A DNA stretch of 64,000 bases from an uncultured Bacteroidales bacterium (GCA_963785325.1 CAWAVC010000046.1:23671-87670), one strand, 5' to 3'. Positions 29,240 to 39,436 are shown, counted from the stretch's first letter. Notes: a model not told the origin generated them from the letters alone. Numbers and translations are program-made.

Positions 29240-29764
29240 TTAAACAATACTTGATATTCTGGGTGGAGGTGATAGAACGTCAGTATCAATGGATTTATAT
29301 GTGTAAAGATAATCGAAATAAAGAATAGGTGTTCCGATCAAACTTTGTGTGAACAAGATCTGATGAAAGAAATAGGTAATTTCCTGCTTTTTCTGATTAG
29401 TTCTCGATTGGGAATTATCGGTTTGCTCTTTGACCAGCTTATCCAGATTTACGAACAACTTGCTTTCATTTTCATCATCAAAACAATAATAATATATCGT
29501 ATCTGCCCCTGTTTTAATTCTGACAACATCAAACATGTTACCCTTATACCTGAATTCTTTGCCATCTTCCATCCAGGTAATTTTTTTATTTTCAATCGAT
29601 GAAATTTTTACAAGGGTAAGTTCTTTTTCTGGTAAGTTATTAACTATCTTCTCTTTAATTTCTTCTTTTATCTGGTATTGCTCTACCTCAAAATTCAGAT
29701 AAAATCCCATAATACTATAGAAAAAAACAAAAACCAGTACTAAAGAAAGTATCTTCTTCATCAA
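29240..29764 (-). CDS. Hypothetical membrane-anchored protein
   Basis: 174 aa with one N-terminal TM (ILSLVLVFVFFYSIMGFYL). No recognisable motif. Confidence 0.5.
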   Translation of the reverse strand: MMKKILSLVLVFVFFYSIMGFYLNFEVEQYQIKEEIKEKIVNNLPEKELTLVKISSIENKKITWMEDGKEFRYKGNMFDVVRIKTGADTIYYYCFDDENESKLFVNLDKLVKEQTDNSQSRTNQKKQEITYFFHQILFTQSLIGTPILYFDYLYTYKSIDTDVLSPPPRISSIV

Positions 29765-29792
29765 ACGATCAAGTAAAAAAAATAAGAAGTTT

Positions 29793-29800
29793 CAAAGGTA
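29793..29800 (-). promoter_or_regulatory. -7 promoter box (TACCTTTG on the minus strand) for 29240..29764
   Basis: The reverse complement of caaaggta is TACCTTTG, 28 nt upstream of the minus-strand ATG. Confidence 0.45.
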
Positions 29801-29873
29801 TTAAGTGTTTTTAATTATTAATTTCATTTATGACAAATTTCTCATTAACTAAGCCAGTGGCCTCAATTTCATA

Positions 29874-30365
29874 TTATTGTCTTTCATATTCCTGGATTTC
29901 ATCATGGACAAATTCCAGAACAATTCCTGCCTGTCTGAACATTTCCTCAGATTCCGATCCGTCATGGTATTTTCGTTCGCAAACAACTCTCACAATCCCG
30001 CAGTTGATGATGAGCATAGCACACGTACGGCAGGGAGTCATACGGCAATACAGAGTTGCTTTTTCGAGAGGGATTCCCAGCCTGGCAGCCTGGCAGATGG
30101 CATTCTGTTCGGCATGAACGGTACGAGCACAATGTTGAGAAATATGCCCGTCTTCATGTTGAACTGATTTCATCAGGTGCCCCACCTCGTCGCAATGGGG
30201 TAAGCCTCTGGGAGAACCAACATATCCTGTTACCAAAATCTGCTTATCGCGGGCGATAACACAACCACTGCGGCCACGGTCGCAGCTTGCTCTTTTTGCT
30301 ACGGTATTGGCCACTTCCATGAAATATTCATCCCATGTAGGACGCTTATATTCTTCTTCTTCCAT
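29874..30365 (-). CDS. Deoxycytidylate (dCMP) deaminase, ComEB-like
   Basis: Zinc and catalytic motifs HAEQNAI and PCRTCAMLI. The N-terminal PTWDEYFMEVANTVAKRASC is typical of dCMP deaminases. Confidence 0.88.
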   Translation of the reverse strand: MEEEEYKRPTWDEYFMEVANTVAKRASCDRGRSGCVIARDKQILVTGYVGSPRGLPHCDEVGHLMKSVQHEDGHISQHCARTVHAEQNAICQAARLGIPLEKATLYCRMTPCRTCAMLIINCGIVRVVCERKYHDGSESEEMFRQAGIVLEFVHDEIQEYERQ

Positions 30366-30382
30366 TAGAATCAAAATTAAAA

Positions 30383-30390
30383 CAAAATTA
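30383..30390 (-). promoter_or_regulatory. -7 promoter box (TAATTTTG on the minus strand) for the dCMP deaminase; a second copy lies at 30372-30379
   Basis: Minus-strand reading is cgTAATTTTGttTTAATTTTGattctaATG, which holds two exact TAnnTTTG matches. Confidence 0.4.
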
Positions 30391-30486
30391 CGCTATTGAA
30401 GGATTGAATCAGAGCAAATTGTTGAGATCTGTGAAAATATCTGGTGATCAGGAAATATAAAAACCAAGTGAATTATTCCGCAATTC

Positions 30487-31041
30487 TTAACAAACCTGGT
30501 CCAACACTTTTTCAAGTTGAATGACCAGGTTTTTTTTTGAACCATTATTCAGCAGAATAAAATCTGCCATTTTGATACATTTCCTAAGGTTCTGCTTATT
30601 TGGGTCGGTTGTGCTCAATTCTCTTTCTTCATTTTCCAGAAAGGTCTTACGTGAAATATAATCGGTTTCAGATTGGCGAAGGAGTATACGCTTATAGCGT
30701 AACTCCGGGTCAGCATCAACTGCGAGTAAAAAAAAATGACCTTTTATCCTGAGTGAATCAATCTCTCCGGGAGTACGGATGCTTTCGATCACACAGTTCT
30801 TTCCCGATGCCAGTGCCTCCTTGTAAAGCTGATCTGTTAAATAAGATGAGCCATGGCTGGCGCGAAGTTCATTTGCCAGGTTAAACATACTGTCACGGTT
30901 CTCAAGAAGACCTTTTTCCCTGATCTTTTCCAGAAGATAAGCCCGAACCGAATAATGAACAAACCCTTTTTCATCCACAAGGTACGCGACAATAGTACCT
31001 TTGCCTGCACCCAGGGTGCCTGTTATTCCTATAATGATCAT
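30487..31041 (-). CDS. Small P-loop nucleotide/nucleoside kinase-like protein (AAA/dephospho-CoA-kinase-like fold)
   Basis: 184 aa. Walker A GITGTLGAGKGT at the extreme N-terminus, as in small NMP kinases. Substrate unknown. Confidence 0.55.
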   Translation of the reverse strand: MIIIGITGTLGAGKGTIVAYLVDEKGFVHYSVRAYLLEKIREKGLLENRDSMFNLANELRASHGSSYLTDQLYKEALASGKNCVIESIRTPGEIDSLRIKGHFFLLAVDADPELRYKRILLRQSETDYISRKTFLENEERELSTTDPNKQNLRKCIKMADFILLNNGSKKNLVIQLEKVLDQVC

Positions 31042-31134
31042 CAGAATGAGTTAAGAATTGGTAAAAACAGTACTTTTACAAATTTATCAATCAAAAGTAA
31101 ACAGAATTCATCAAATCAATTCTTCAGATTTGCC

Positions 31135-32115
31135 ATGAATGAACTTTATCTGATGAAATTTAAGCCCTTATTTAAGGATAAGATCTGGGGAGGCAACCGG
31201 ATTAAAACCATTTTGGGCATAAATTATTCTCCTTTGCCAAATTGTGGGGAGGCCTGGGTTTTATCGGGTGTTCCCGGCTCGGAAACAAGAGTGACAAATG
31301 GATTTCTGAGGGGAAATGAGTTGAATGAACTGGTTGAGGTTTATATGGATGACCTTGTCGGAGAAGCTGCATTTGAACGTTACGGGAATGTATTTCCACT
31401 GCTGGTAAAATTTATTGATTCCAATGATTCACTTTCAATCCAGGTGCATCCTGATGATGCACTTGCTGCCCGGCGAGGGATAGGAAATGGAAAGTCTGAA
31501 ATGTGGTATATATTGAATGCAGAACCCGGATCAGAGATTATCAACGGGTTCAACCGGAAAATGGATGTAAAAACCTACATTGAATTTCTTAATAAAAACG
31601 CCCTTCCTGAGATCCTTAATACGGAAAAGGCCCACAAAGGAGATGTATTTTACATTCCTGCGGGCCGCGTTCATGCACTCGGCCCGGGAATACTCCTGAC
31701 AGAGATACAGCAAACCTCCGATATTACATATCGGATTTATGACTGGGGACGCGTTGATAAAAAAGGGAAATCACGTGAACTTCACCAGGATCTTGCCCTC
31801 GAGGCTATTGATTTTACTGTACCTGACTCATACCGTACCTCATACAGAAACGTGCTGAATCAAACTGCGCCCCTGGTTGATAGTTCTCATTTTACAACCC
31901 GGATACTTTCTTTAAACAAAACCATTCGAAAAGATTATTCTGAGTTGGATTCTTTTGTGGTCTATGTTTGTGTTGAAGGAATGATAAGGGTTGAATGTGA
32001 ATCATCCATTGAGAACATAAAAAAGGGAGAGGTGTTGCTGATTCCTGCGACAGCAGAAAAGGTTATCCTTTCCCCAAAAACCGAATCCAGAATCCTCGAA
32101 GTTTTTATTTCCTGA
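31135..32115 (+). CDS. manA: Class I mannose-6-phosphate isomerase (cupin)
   Basis: FKDKIWGG, SIQVHPDD, KSEMWYIL and AGRVHALGPG motifs. ATG 31135 is preferred, because the track start at 30853 overlaps the divergent kinase gene. Confidence 0.85.
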   Translation: MNELYLMKFKPLFKDKIWGGNRIKTILGINYSPLPNCGEAWVLSGVPGSETRVTNGFLRGNELNELVEVYMDDLVGEAAFERYGNVFPLLVKFIDSNDSLSIQVHPDDALAARRGIGNGKSEMWYILNAEPGSEIINGFNRKMDVKTYIEFLNKNALPEILNTEKAHKGDVFYIPAGRVHALGPGILLTEIQQTSDITYRIYDWGRVDKKGKSRELHQDLALEAIDFTVPDSYRTSYRNVLNQTAPLVDSSHFTTRILSLNKTIRKDYSELDSFVVYVCVEGMIRVECESSIENIKKGEVLLIPATAEKVILSPKTESRILEVFIS

Positions 32116-32122
32116 AAATATG

Positions 32123-32130
32123 TATTTTTG
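32123..32130 (+). promoter_or_regulatory. -7 promoter box (TATTTTTG) for the TlpA-like gene
   Basis: Exact TAnnTTTG match 35 nt upstream of ATG 32166. Confidence 0.45.
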
Positions 32131-32165
32131 TTCGTTCATTTTCAATCTTTCTTATTCTTCATTTT

Positions 32166-32690
32166 ATGAAAAAACTTGCCTATCTCATTACTTTCCTTAT
32201 GATTACTGGTTATGCCTTTTCACAGGAAAATACCTTAGTAAAAAACCGGCCTCTTCCTTCGGTTGATATAAAAGATGTTAAAGGAAATCCGTTCAATACA
32301 TTGAAAATCGAAAATGACGGGAAACCTATCGTTATAAGCTTCTGGGCAACCTGGTGCAAGCCTTGCGTAAAAGAACTTACAACCATTGCCGATGTTTATG
32401 CCGACTGGCAGGAAGAAACCGGCGTTAAAATTTATGCTGTTTCTATCGATGATCCAAGGTCTTCTTCATTGGTCGCCCCGCTAGTTAATGGAAAGAACTG
32501 GGATTATATTGTTCTCCTCGATCAGAATGGTGATTTTAAAAGAGCCATGAATGTAGTCACAGTACCACACACCTTTGTCCTTAACGGTAAACGTGAGATC
32601 GTTTGGCAACATACTTCTTTTGCTGAAGGTTCGGAACGCGACCTGATTGAAGTTATTAAAAAAGTCAAAAACGGGGAAGAGATTAAATAG
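32166..32690 (+). CDS. TlpA/ResA-like periplasmic thiol:disulfide oxidoreductase (thioredoxin fold)
   Basis: Signal peptide plus the active site FWATWCKPC. Confidence 0.85.
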   Translation: MKKLAYLITFLMITGYAFSQENTLVKNRPLPSVDIKDVKGNPFNTLKIENDGKPIVISFWATWCKPCVKELTTIADVYADWQEETGVKIYAVSIDDPRSSSLVAPLVNGKNWDYIVLLDQNGDFKRAMNVVTVPHTFVLNGKREIVWQHTSFAEGSERDLIEVIKKVKNGEEIK

Positions 32691-32737
32691 TATCCCTGGT
32701 TAAGAAATTCATTTATAAACCTATAATATTTAAGACC

Positions 32738-34462
32738 TTGAAAAAAACATACATTCTTTTTCCAAGTCTAATTATTTTGTTTTGTATTAATCCATTTTTG
32801 TTAACTGCCCAGGACATATTTAAAGAAAGTCAGATCAGCGGAAGTTTCGAAGCCGATGCCCAGTATTATTTGAAGGATGCGAAAATGGGAATTTCCGATT
32901 CCTCACTGAATGGCCAGTTAGCCCGGATGAATGGATTTACGGAGATCAACTATTCGTTAAAGAATTTCTCGGCCGGGATGCGTTTTGAGGCATACCTTCC
33001 TCCCATGGTTGGTTATGATACCCGCTTTGCAGGTTATGGGGTTCCTTACTGGTTCCTGAATTATAAGAATGATAAACTCGAGATCACAGCCGGTAATTTC
33101 TATGATCAGTTCGGCAATGGATTAGCTTTGCGTACATGGCAGGATTGGACTCTGGGTTATGATAATTCTTTGAGGGGTTTAAGGATTAAGTTTATGCCGG
33201 TTAGCGGGATCACTCTTAAAGGTGTATGGGGCGTCCAACGTAATTTTTGGGACCCTTATACCACCGGAAGCCGTGGAATTGTTAAAGGAGCAGATATTGA
33301 TGTCTTCCTGAATGATCTGTTTTCAGGACTGAAAGATGCCAAAACCAAATTATCATTCGGGGGTAGTTTTGTCAGCGACTACCAGAGTGGAAAAACAACC
33401 GATATTCTTGTTGATACACTAGTCTATACTTTAAAATTGCCTGAGAATGTGGCGACATACAGCGGCAGGGTGAACCTGAATATAAGCGGAGTTAATTTCT
33501 ATTCAGAATACGCTCACAAGATCAATGACCCTTCTGCTATGAATAATTTTATCTACAAGGATGGAAATGGTCTCTTTTCCACACTTTCCTATTCACAGAA
33601 AGGCCTTGGTGTCATCGGAGCATTAAAGATCATGGACAACATGAGCTTCAAATCAGACCGGCTTGTTACCGATAACCAGCTTAATATCAATTACGATCCC
33701 GACATTACGAAAGAGCACACTTATGCTTTGGCGGCGATGTATCCATATGCCACGCAGCCTGTTGGGGAATTCGCCTATTCCGGCACAGTGACCTACACAT
33801 TTAAACGGAACACTGCAATCGGTGGAAAATCAGGACTGACCTTTGCAGTTAATTTTTCCAAAGTCAATGCGCTTTCAAAAGATTCGGTTTATGTAAATTC
33901 CTTTAATGATATGGCTCTGAACAGGCCAGGGACAATAGGGTACAAATCCAATTTCTTTACTCCCGGTAAACAAGTTTACTATCAGGATTTTAACATAGAG
34001 GTTGATAAAAAATTCAATAAAAAATGGAAGGGGATCTTCACTTATCTGAGCCAGGTGTATAACATGGAAGTTATTCAAGGACATGCCACGGATTACGGAT
34101 TGATCCATTCAAATATTGGGGTTGCCGATCTTACTTACAACATCACTTACGTCTATTCCATAAGGGCTGAACTTCAGGGATTATTGACTGCACAGGACAA
34201 GGGAAACTGGGCAGCAGGGCTTATCGAGTTCACGATTGCCCCGAAATGGTTTTTCTCAGTGCAGGATCAATGGAATTACGGTAACGTTGATGTTCAGCAA
34301 CAATTGCACTATTATCTGGTCAGTGCCGGGTACACATACAATACGGCAAGAATTTCATTGTCATATGGTCGTCAGAGGGCAGGGATTCTCTGTGTTGGCG
34401 GAGTTTGCAGGTATGTACCTGCTGCAACCGGACTTTCCCTGACGGTTAATAGCAGCTTCTAA
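32738..34462 (+). CDS. Large outer-membrane beta-barrel protein (DUF6029-like)
   Basis: 574 aa with a signal peptide, alternating beta-strand pattern and a C-terminal ...LSLTVNSSF ending in Phe. TTG start. The family name is from memory and was not searched. Confidence 0.55.
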   Translation: MKKTYILFPSLIILFCINPFLLTAQDIFKESQISGSFEADAQYYLKDAKMGISDSSLNGQLARMNGFTEINYSLKNFSAGMRFEAYLPPMVGYDTRFAGYGVPYWFLNYKNDKLEITAGNFYDQFGNGLALRTWQDWTLGYDNSLRGLRIKFMPVSGITLKGVWGVQRNFWDPYTTGSRGIVKGADIDVFLNDLFSGLKDAKTKLSFGGSFVSDYQSGKTTDILVDTLVYTLKLPENVATYSGRVNLNISGVNFYSEYAHKINDPSAMNNFIYKDGNGLFSTLSYSQKGLGVIGALKIMDNMSFKSDRLVTDNQLNINYDPDITKEHTYALAAMYPYATQPVGEFAYSGTVTYTFKRNTAIGGKSGLTFAVNFSKVNALSKDSVYVNSFNDMALNRPGTIGYKSNFFTPGKQVYYQDFNIEVDKKFNKKWKGIFTYLSQVYNMEVIQGHATDYGLIHSNIGVADLTYNITYVYSIRAELQGLLTAQDKGNWAAGLIEFTIAPKWFFSVQDQWNYGNVDVQQQLHYYLVSAGYTYNTARISLSYGRQRAGILCVGGVCRYVPAATGLSLTVNSSF

Positions 34463-34464
34463 TC

Positions 34465-34506
34465 AATTACGAATTACGAGTTATGAATTACGAATAAAAA
34501 ATATCG
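34465..34506. repeat. Heptamer tandem array AATTACG x3 plus variants (AGTTATG, AATAAAA, AATATCG). The unit is the reverse complement of the AATTCGT unit at 4395-4429.
   Basis: aattacg|aattacg|agttatg|aattacg|aataaaa|aatatcg, fading out by about 34534. It starts 2 nt after the upstream stop codon. Confidence 0.8.
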
Positions 34507-34545
34507 GATTTAGGATGATAAAATTTTGATAAACAACGCCGTCCA

Positions 34546-35403
34546 ATGATGAAAATTGTTAAAATACTTTTAGTATCAGTTCCCCTGATTATTTTTCTAT
34601 TTTCCTCCTGCGATAAGATCAGCGCACCTTATGCTTTGGCTAAGTATGGTCATATTACCGATACAGTGATTGATTGGGATGATACAGTCAGTGCAGTAAA
34701 AAGGGTTCTCTTGGAAGATTATACAGGGCACACATGCCAGAATTGTCCGGCAGCAGCAGCCATTGCACATAACCAGAATGCATATTACCACGGAAAGCTG
34801 ATTGTATTGGCGGTTCATGCCGGCTACTATGCCATTCCCGGGACCGGAGACTTTGATATAGATTTCAGAACGGCTGCAGGAGAACAATGGAATACTGATT
34901 TTAATATTATCGCCTATCCCTCAGGTATGATCGACAGGAAAAAATTTAACGGACAACAGGTTTTGGGATCCTCTGAATGGGTCTCAGATATTGCAAGCAT
35001 CATTAATCAGGCTCCTGTGTTGAATATGGCAATGATCAATACATATGATTCCACTTCAAGAACTGTAAATTCGATCATCTATTCACAATTTCTTCAATCC
35101 TTAACGGGATCATATACTATTACGGTTTGTGTGATGGAAGACAACATAATATCTGCACAAGACAGTTCCAACACCGTCATCGAGAATTATAATTTTAGAG
35201 ACGTGCTCCGCGGGGCAGTAAACGGCACTTATGGCGAAATCCTCACAAATTCTGTGGATCCTTCACTTACTTACCTGGGGAGATTTTCGATTGCCATCAG
35301 TACTGCCTGGGTTGCTAAGAATTGCTGGATTCTTGCTTTTGTCTCCAAATCAGATACAAAAGAGATTCTTCAGGCTATAAAACAGAAAGTGATCAAACGA
35401 TAA
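34546..35403 (+). CDS. Omp28-related outer-membrane lipoprotein with a thioredoxin-like CXXC motif
   Basis: Lipobox LFSSC. LLEDYTGHTCQNCPAA is the hallmark segment of Omp28-related proteins. Confidence 0.65.
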   Translation: MMKIVKILLVSVPLIIFLFSSCDKISAPYALAKYGHITDTVIDWDDTVSAVKRVLLEDYTGHTCQNCPAAAAIAHNQNAYYHGKLIVLAVHAGYYAIPGTGDFDIDFRTAAGEQWNTDFNIIAYPSGMIDRKKFNGQQVLGSSEWVSDIASIINQAPVLNMAMINTYDSTSRTVNSIIYSQFLQSLTGSYTITVCVMEDNIISAQDSSNTVIENYNFRDVLRGAVNGTYGEILTNSVDPSLTYLGRFSIAISTAWVAKNCWILAFVSKSDTKEILQAIKQKVIKR

Positions 35404-35473
35404 CTTAGTCTTTTATATGTCATCAGAACATGACAATATTTATTAGCAAGGATACTCAATAGTCGAAATCGAA

Positions 35474-38400
35474 TTAACGTAATAATAAAATTCTTTTTAC
35501 AAGGGTATAAGTCGGAGTCTGTATTTTCATCAGATAGATGCCATTACTTAGGTTTCCTGCCGTCATTTCAATCAGATGCTTTCCAGCAGTTTGTTTTTCA
35601 TTATCCAGAGTGACTCTGAGTTCTTTTCCAAATTCATCGAAAAGTGAGATTTTGACTGCGCCTTTTTCTTTTATTTCGTAAGAGATGGAAATGGTTTCCA
35701 TGAATGGATTTGGATAAACACTCACCATTCTGTCCATACTAAACTGGTGGATTCCATTCGTCGGGAAATAGATACCGTTGGAAGGTAATGACGGGCAACT
35801 GCTTATCGTGTCACTTACGATCACATAGTAGAGTCCTGATGCTGTTGGGGTAAAAACCTGATCTGTTGCATCAGGAATCATCGCATCATTCAGATACCAT
35901 TGATTGCCAGCGGAAGAACTGGAAATCAGCAATCCGTTGTTATAGATTATGGTTGGCGTAAGGGGAAGCGGACGTACAGTAAGCGTCATTTCTCCTGAAG
36001 TCAACGATGAGGAACCGTCAAAAACGGTAACTGTATAGGAGATATCAGAGAGTGGTGTTGAAATTGGTGTTTTACTCGTTGGATCATCGAGGTAAGTTTC
36101 AGGATTCCATTGATAAGTATAATTTCCCGAACCTCCAGCAGGAATTGCTATTAATTGTGAAGAGCTACCCAAGCAGATATTTGCCGGAAATCCATTGGCA
36201 GCCAGGTTTAGGAGACCACCAATGCAAAAGATATCGGCCGCCCATCCCGCTAAATTCACACTAACGTCGGATTTGAATTGGAAAGTCAGGGGTCCCGTAG
36301 TGCTGATAAAAGGTCCAGGAATAGTTGATCCGCAAAACGTTCCAAACAATGGATAAGTGATGTCAGGACCGTTGAAAACCTTTAGCCAGTCATAATCGCA
36401 GTTCGCTTCTTCCTCGACATTGAATGCATTGAAAATAACCTTGATCATTGCGCCTGTGTCTCCGGGCAAGAAGGTATAAGTATAATTTTCATTATCGCTG
36501 TAATTCGAGTCTGGACCACCTGAATCATAAAAGTTACCGGCGCAGGTCATAGTTGTACCATTTTTCATGTCATACTGGGGTAACTTCCCAATTATCAGGC
36601 CGATTGTATCCTGCCATGCGTATTGATTTAATGCACCTCCCGTCATCCTGAAATTGAGATTCACCTCCGTTCCTATTGGTGTGATCCCGTTTGTTGTGAT
36701 CGCGAAATTTAACAAATCAGAGCTGCCTGAACCAAGATTTCCTAAATAACAACTAGTATTCGAAGTCAGTATATAAGGCGCATATGAAGAGGGAATGGAT
36801 AGGAGTGCAATGGTATTGGAAGAAGAGGCGTGTCCTGAATTTATCGTGGAGATCCTTAACGTTGCTGATTCGCCGGGATCAAGAATCCCATTGTTATTAC
36901 CTCCGGGTAAGGGATCAAATACTGTGACGGTTCCAATGTTCAGGACCGGGGCATTCAAAATCAGGATTAATGTAGAATTCCATGAAATAGTATCGTTAGT
37001 CAAAATGAGATTGCAAAAAACCCTGTATTGATCCTGCACATACTGATGGATATTCAGGGCAAAAGCATTCTGCCCGGTTATCATTTCTCCTGCTGCTACC
37101 GGACCGAAATTAAAGGATCCGGATGTAATTGTAACATTTGTGTCGCTGGTAGATAAAGTTCCCGAAATAACTGAAGCGTTTTTCAAACCAATGTTATTTA
37201 CAGTAACATTCAACAGGATTGATTCCCCGTAATCAGCGAGGTGATTGTTATTTCCGCCCAATGAATCATTCACGGTATAGGTTGAGAGTATAACGTAAGG
37301 CCCTGTTGCAGGTATAACCTGGATAAAACCTATAAATGGTTTCCGGTTTTGTTTTGTGATAACAACCGAAAGAGAATCGGGAGAAGTCAACGGACTGAAT
37401 GTCAGGTTAACAATACCAGATGCGTCTGCACATTTTGCTGCAAGAAGTGTTGTATCATGTACTGCCAGGGCGACATAGGCATAAGGTTCCGTTGTAATAG
37501 TTAGGGTGGACATTCCGACTATCATGGTTGCAGGATAAGAAGCCGCAACCGGTCCCGGTACAGAATAATAAATGCTGAGTGATGGATCTCCCATTAGGTT
37601 ATAGGTCTCCCAATAATATTGCTTTATTCCTGAAGACGATTCCTCAACTGCAAGGTCACCGCCAAAGACCATCTGATCCATGGTTACAAACCATTGTGAA
37701 GCGTTTTCACCACGATCATGAAAAGTTACATCAAAAGCTCCCAGGTGCAGTGAATCATAGACAGGGTTCGTCGTAACAGTTTTGTACCCGCAAGCCCACC
37801 AGAAATCTTCATCCCAATATGAATAATCAGAGCATCCGATATAACCCAAAGCCCCTTTTTGTGCAGTCCTGGTCACCTCCTTGGCAAAGCAATCAGTGCT
37901 GAAATTAGCTGTTTTGCAACAATTCCCGATCATCAGGCAAAACTTGTGATTATTCTGCAGCAGATCAATATCGGAAATGAGAAATTCGGGATCAGCCCAA
38001 CCGTCTTCACTGCCGTGAGCCGTATAATTGGCAAATGCAACTCCATCTGAAACATTCTGATGGATATCCTGTGCATAATTTCCTCCCGATGGCTCGGGTT
38101 GAAGATAAGTATTTGAAAAGATTGAATGAGTAGAATTGAAATAATAGGTAGTACCATAATTGATCTGTCCGTTCCCATAAAGTGGCCCGTTGGTCTCGTC
38201 GGCACCAGCCACCATAGTCACATCGCCAAGAAATGAATCCGAGGGCATCGAATATTGTTCATATTCGAGGGTTTTATCAATGTACGTTTGTAACTGGGTC
38301 ACGTTTTGAGCTGCGAACCTGCCGTAAAATACATCAGGAATATTGTCGCCGGTGTAATCGCAATAATATAAATCAGAAGGATGGCTGTTTGTCATCCATG

Positions 38401-39389
38401 TGGGTATCTGTCCGATATCGCCCGCAAATAATACAAAACTTGGTTTCTGGTAACCTGTAGGTGGATTGTCGTAGAGTCCCTGAAGGTAGTTTTTAATGGA
38501 GGTCGTAGTCGTTCCAACAGCCGGGTTGTTGGTATAACCTGCAATTACATTAAATCCTTTTTTCTTCTTCCAGGCTATGAATGACTGGAGCGCATCATGA
38601 AAGGTAGAATCAGCAATAATGACATAGGTCACAGGAGCAGTGGTGATAAGGCTGTCAGGTATTTGCATGTAATTTCCAATCCCTGATGAATACAGATTTT
38701 GAAAATAAGGAGACCAGGTCTGTTTTTTAAGCCGGATTGTTGACGGAATATCCGAATTTGTGAAAGTGATCTTAATATCAAGTCGTTCATAAACCCGGAG
38801 TTTACCAGTTACAGGATTATACCAAACTGGTGAAATATCCAGGCGGGCGAGGTTTAATGACCTCATAATTCCAACGTGTGTTATTTTAACTACCGGCCCC
38901 CCCAGCCATTGATTCATCTGATAAGTAATGGTATTCAGGACAAACGGAATCTGTTTCGGATCAGTAATGTTTTTGGATACAGGCGCCTGTAAAGGGATAA
39001 TACGATTATTGATCCCAAAGGCAGAAAGATCATATTCTTTGTACTTCTGTTGAATTATCTCTATAGAAAGGCCAGCATTCAAAGGTATTTCAATAATTTT
39101 ATGAAAAACAGGAAGTTTTGGATCGCCAACCTTATTGCTGTATCCATATCCCCTGACAAAGATTTCATCAAACAAGCCGGAATTAGGTTTGCACATTCCT
39201 GTATTGGATGGAAGATAATGACGTGGAAAAAGATAATGACTGGTAAGATTTTGCTGTAATCCTGAATTCTGTATTACCATTGTTAACAAGAATTTCACCT
39301 GCATAAATAGTCCCGGTTAATATTGCAAAACCCAGGAAAAAAAACAGGAAAAATTTGACTGGCTGAAAAGAGTTAGACATTATTCCCAT
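35474..39389 (-). pseudogene. T9SS-secreted C25-family (gingipain-like) cysteine peptidase, about 1300 aa, frame broken near 39186-39194 close to the N-terminus
   Basis: ORF 39183..39389 encodes the signal peptide plus ...SSIQYRNVQT*. The main ORF continues in another frame with KPNSGLFDEIFVRGYGYSNKVGDPKLPVF. His context YTAHGSEDGW, Cys context LMIGNCCKTANF. A CUB-like module (GNFYDSGGPDSNYSDNENYTYTF...DWLKVFNG) and the C-terminal VYPNPFMETISISYE...GIYLMKIQT T9SS sorting domain are present. Confidence 0.85.
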
Positions 39390-39428
39390 TGCTTAAAAAA
39401 GAAAATTTAAAATGAAGGACAGAAAAGC

Positions 39429-39436
39429 CAAAGATA
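39429..39436 (-). promoter_or_regulatory. -7 promoter box (TATCTTTG on the minus strand) for the C25 peptidase gene
   Basis: The reverse complement of caaagata lies 39 nt upstream of ATG 39389. This supports 39389 as the true start. Confidence 0.45.

Noticed and set aside
30853-31134. 94-codon N-terminal extension of the manA ORF
   Set aside because: It overlaps the divergent kinase gene and the intergenic promoter region. The conserved PMI sequence starts at MNELYLMKFKPLFKDKIWGG (ATG 31135).
35417-35436. Hairpin TGTCATcagaacATGACA between convergent genes, as a terminator
   Set aside because: It has only a 6-bp AT-rich stem without a convincing U-tract, which is too weak to call.
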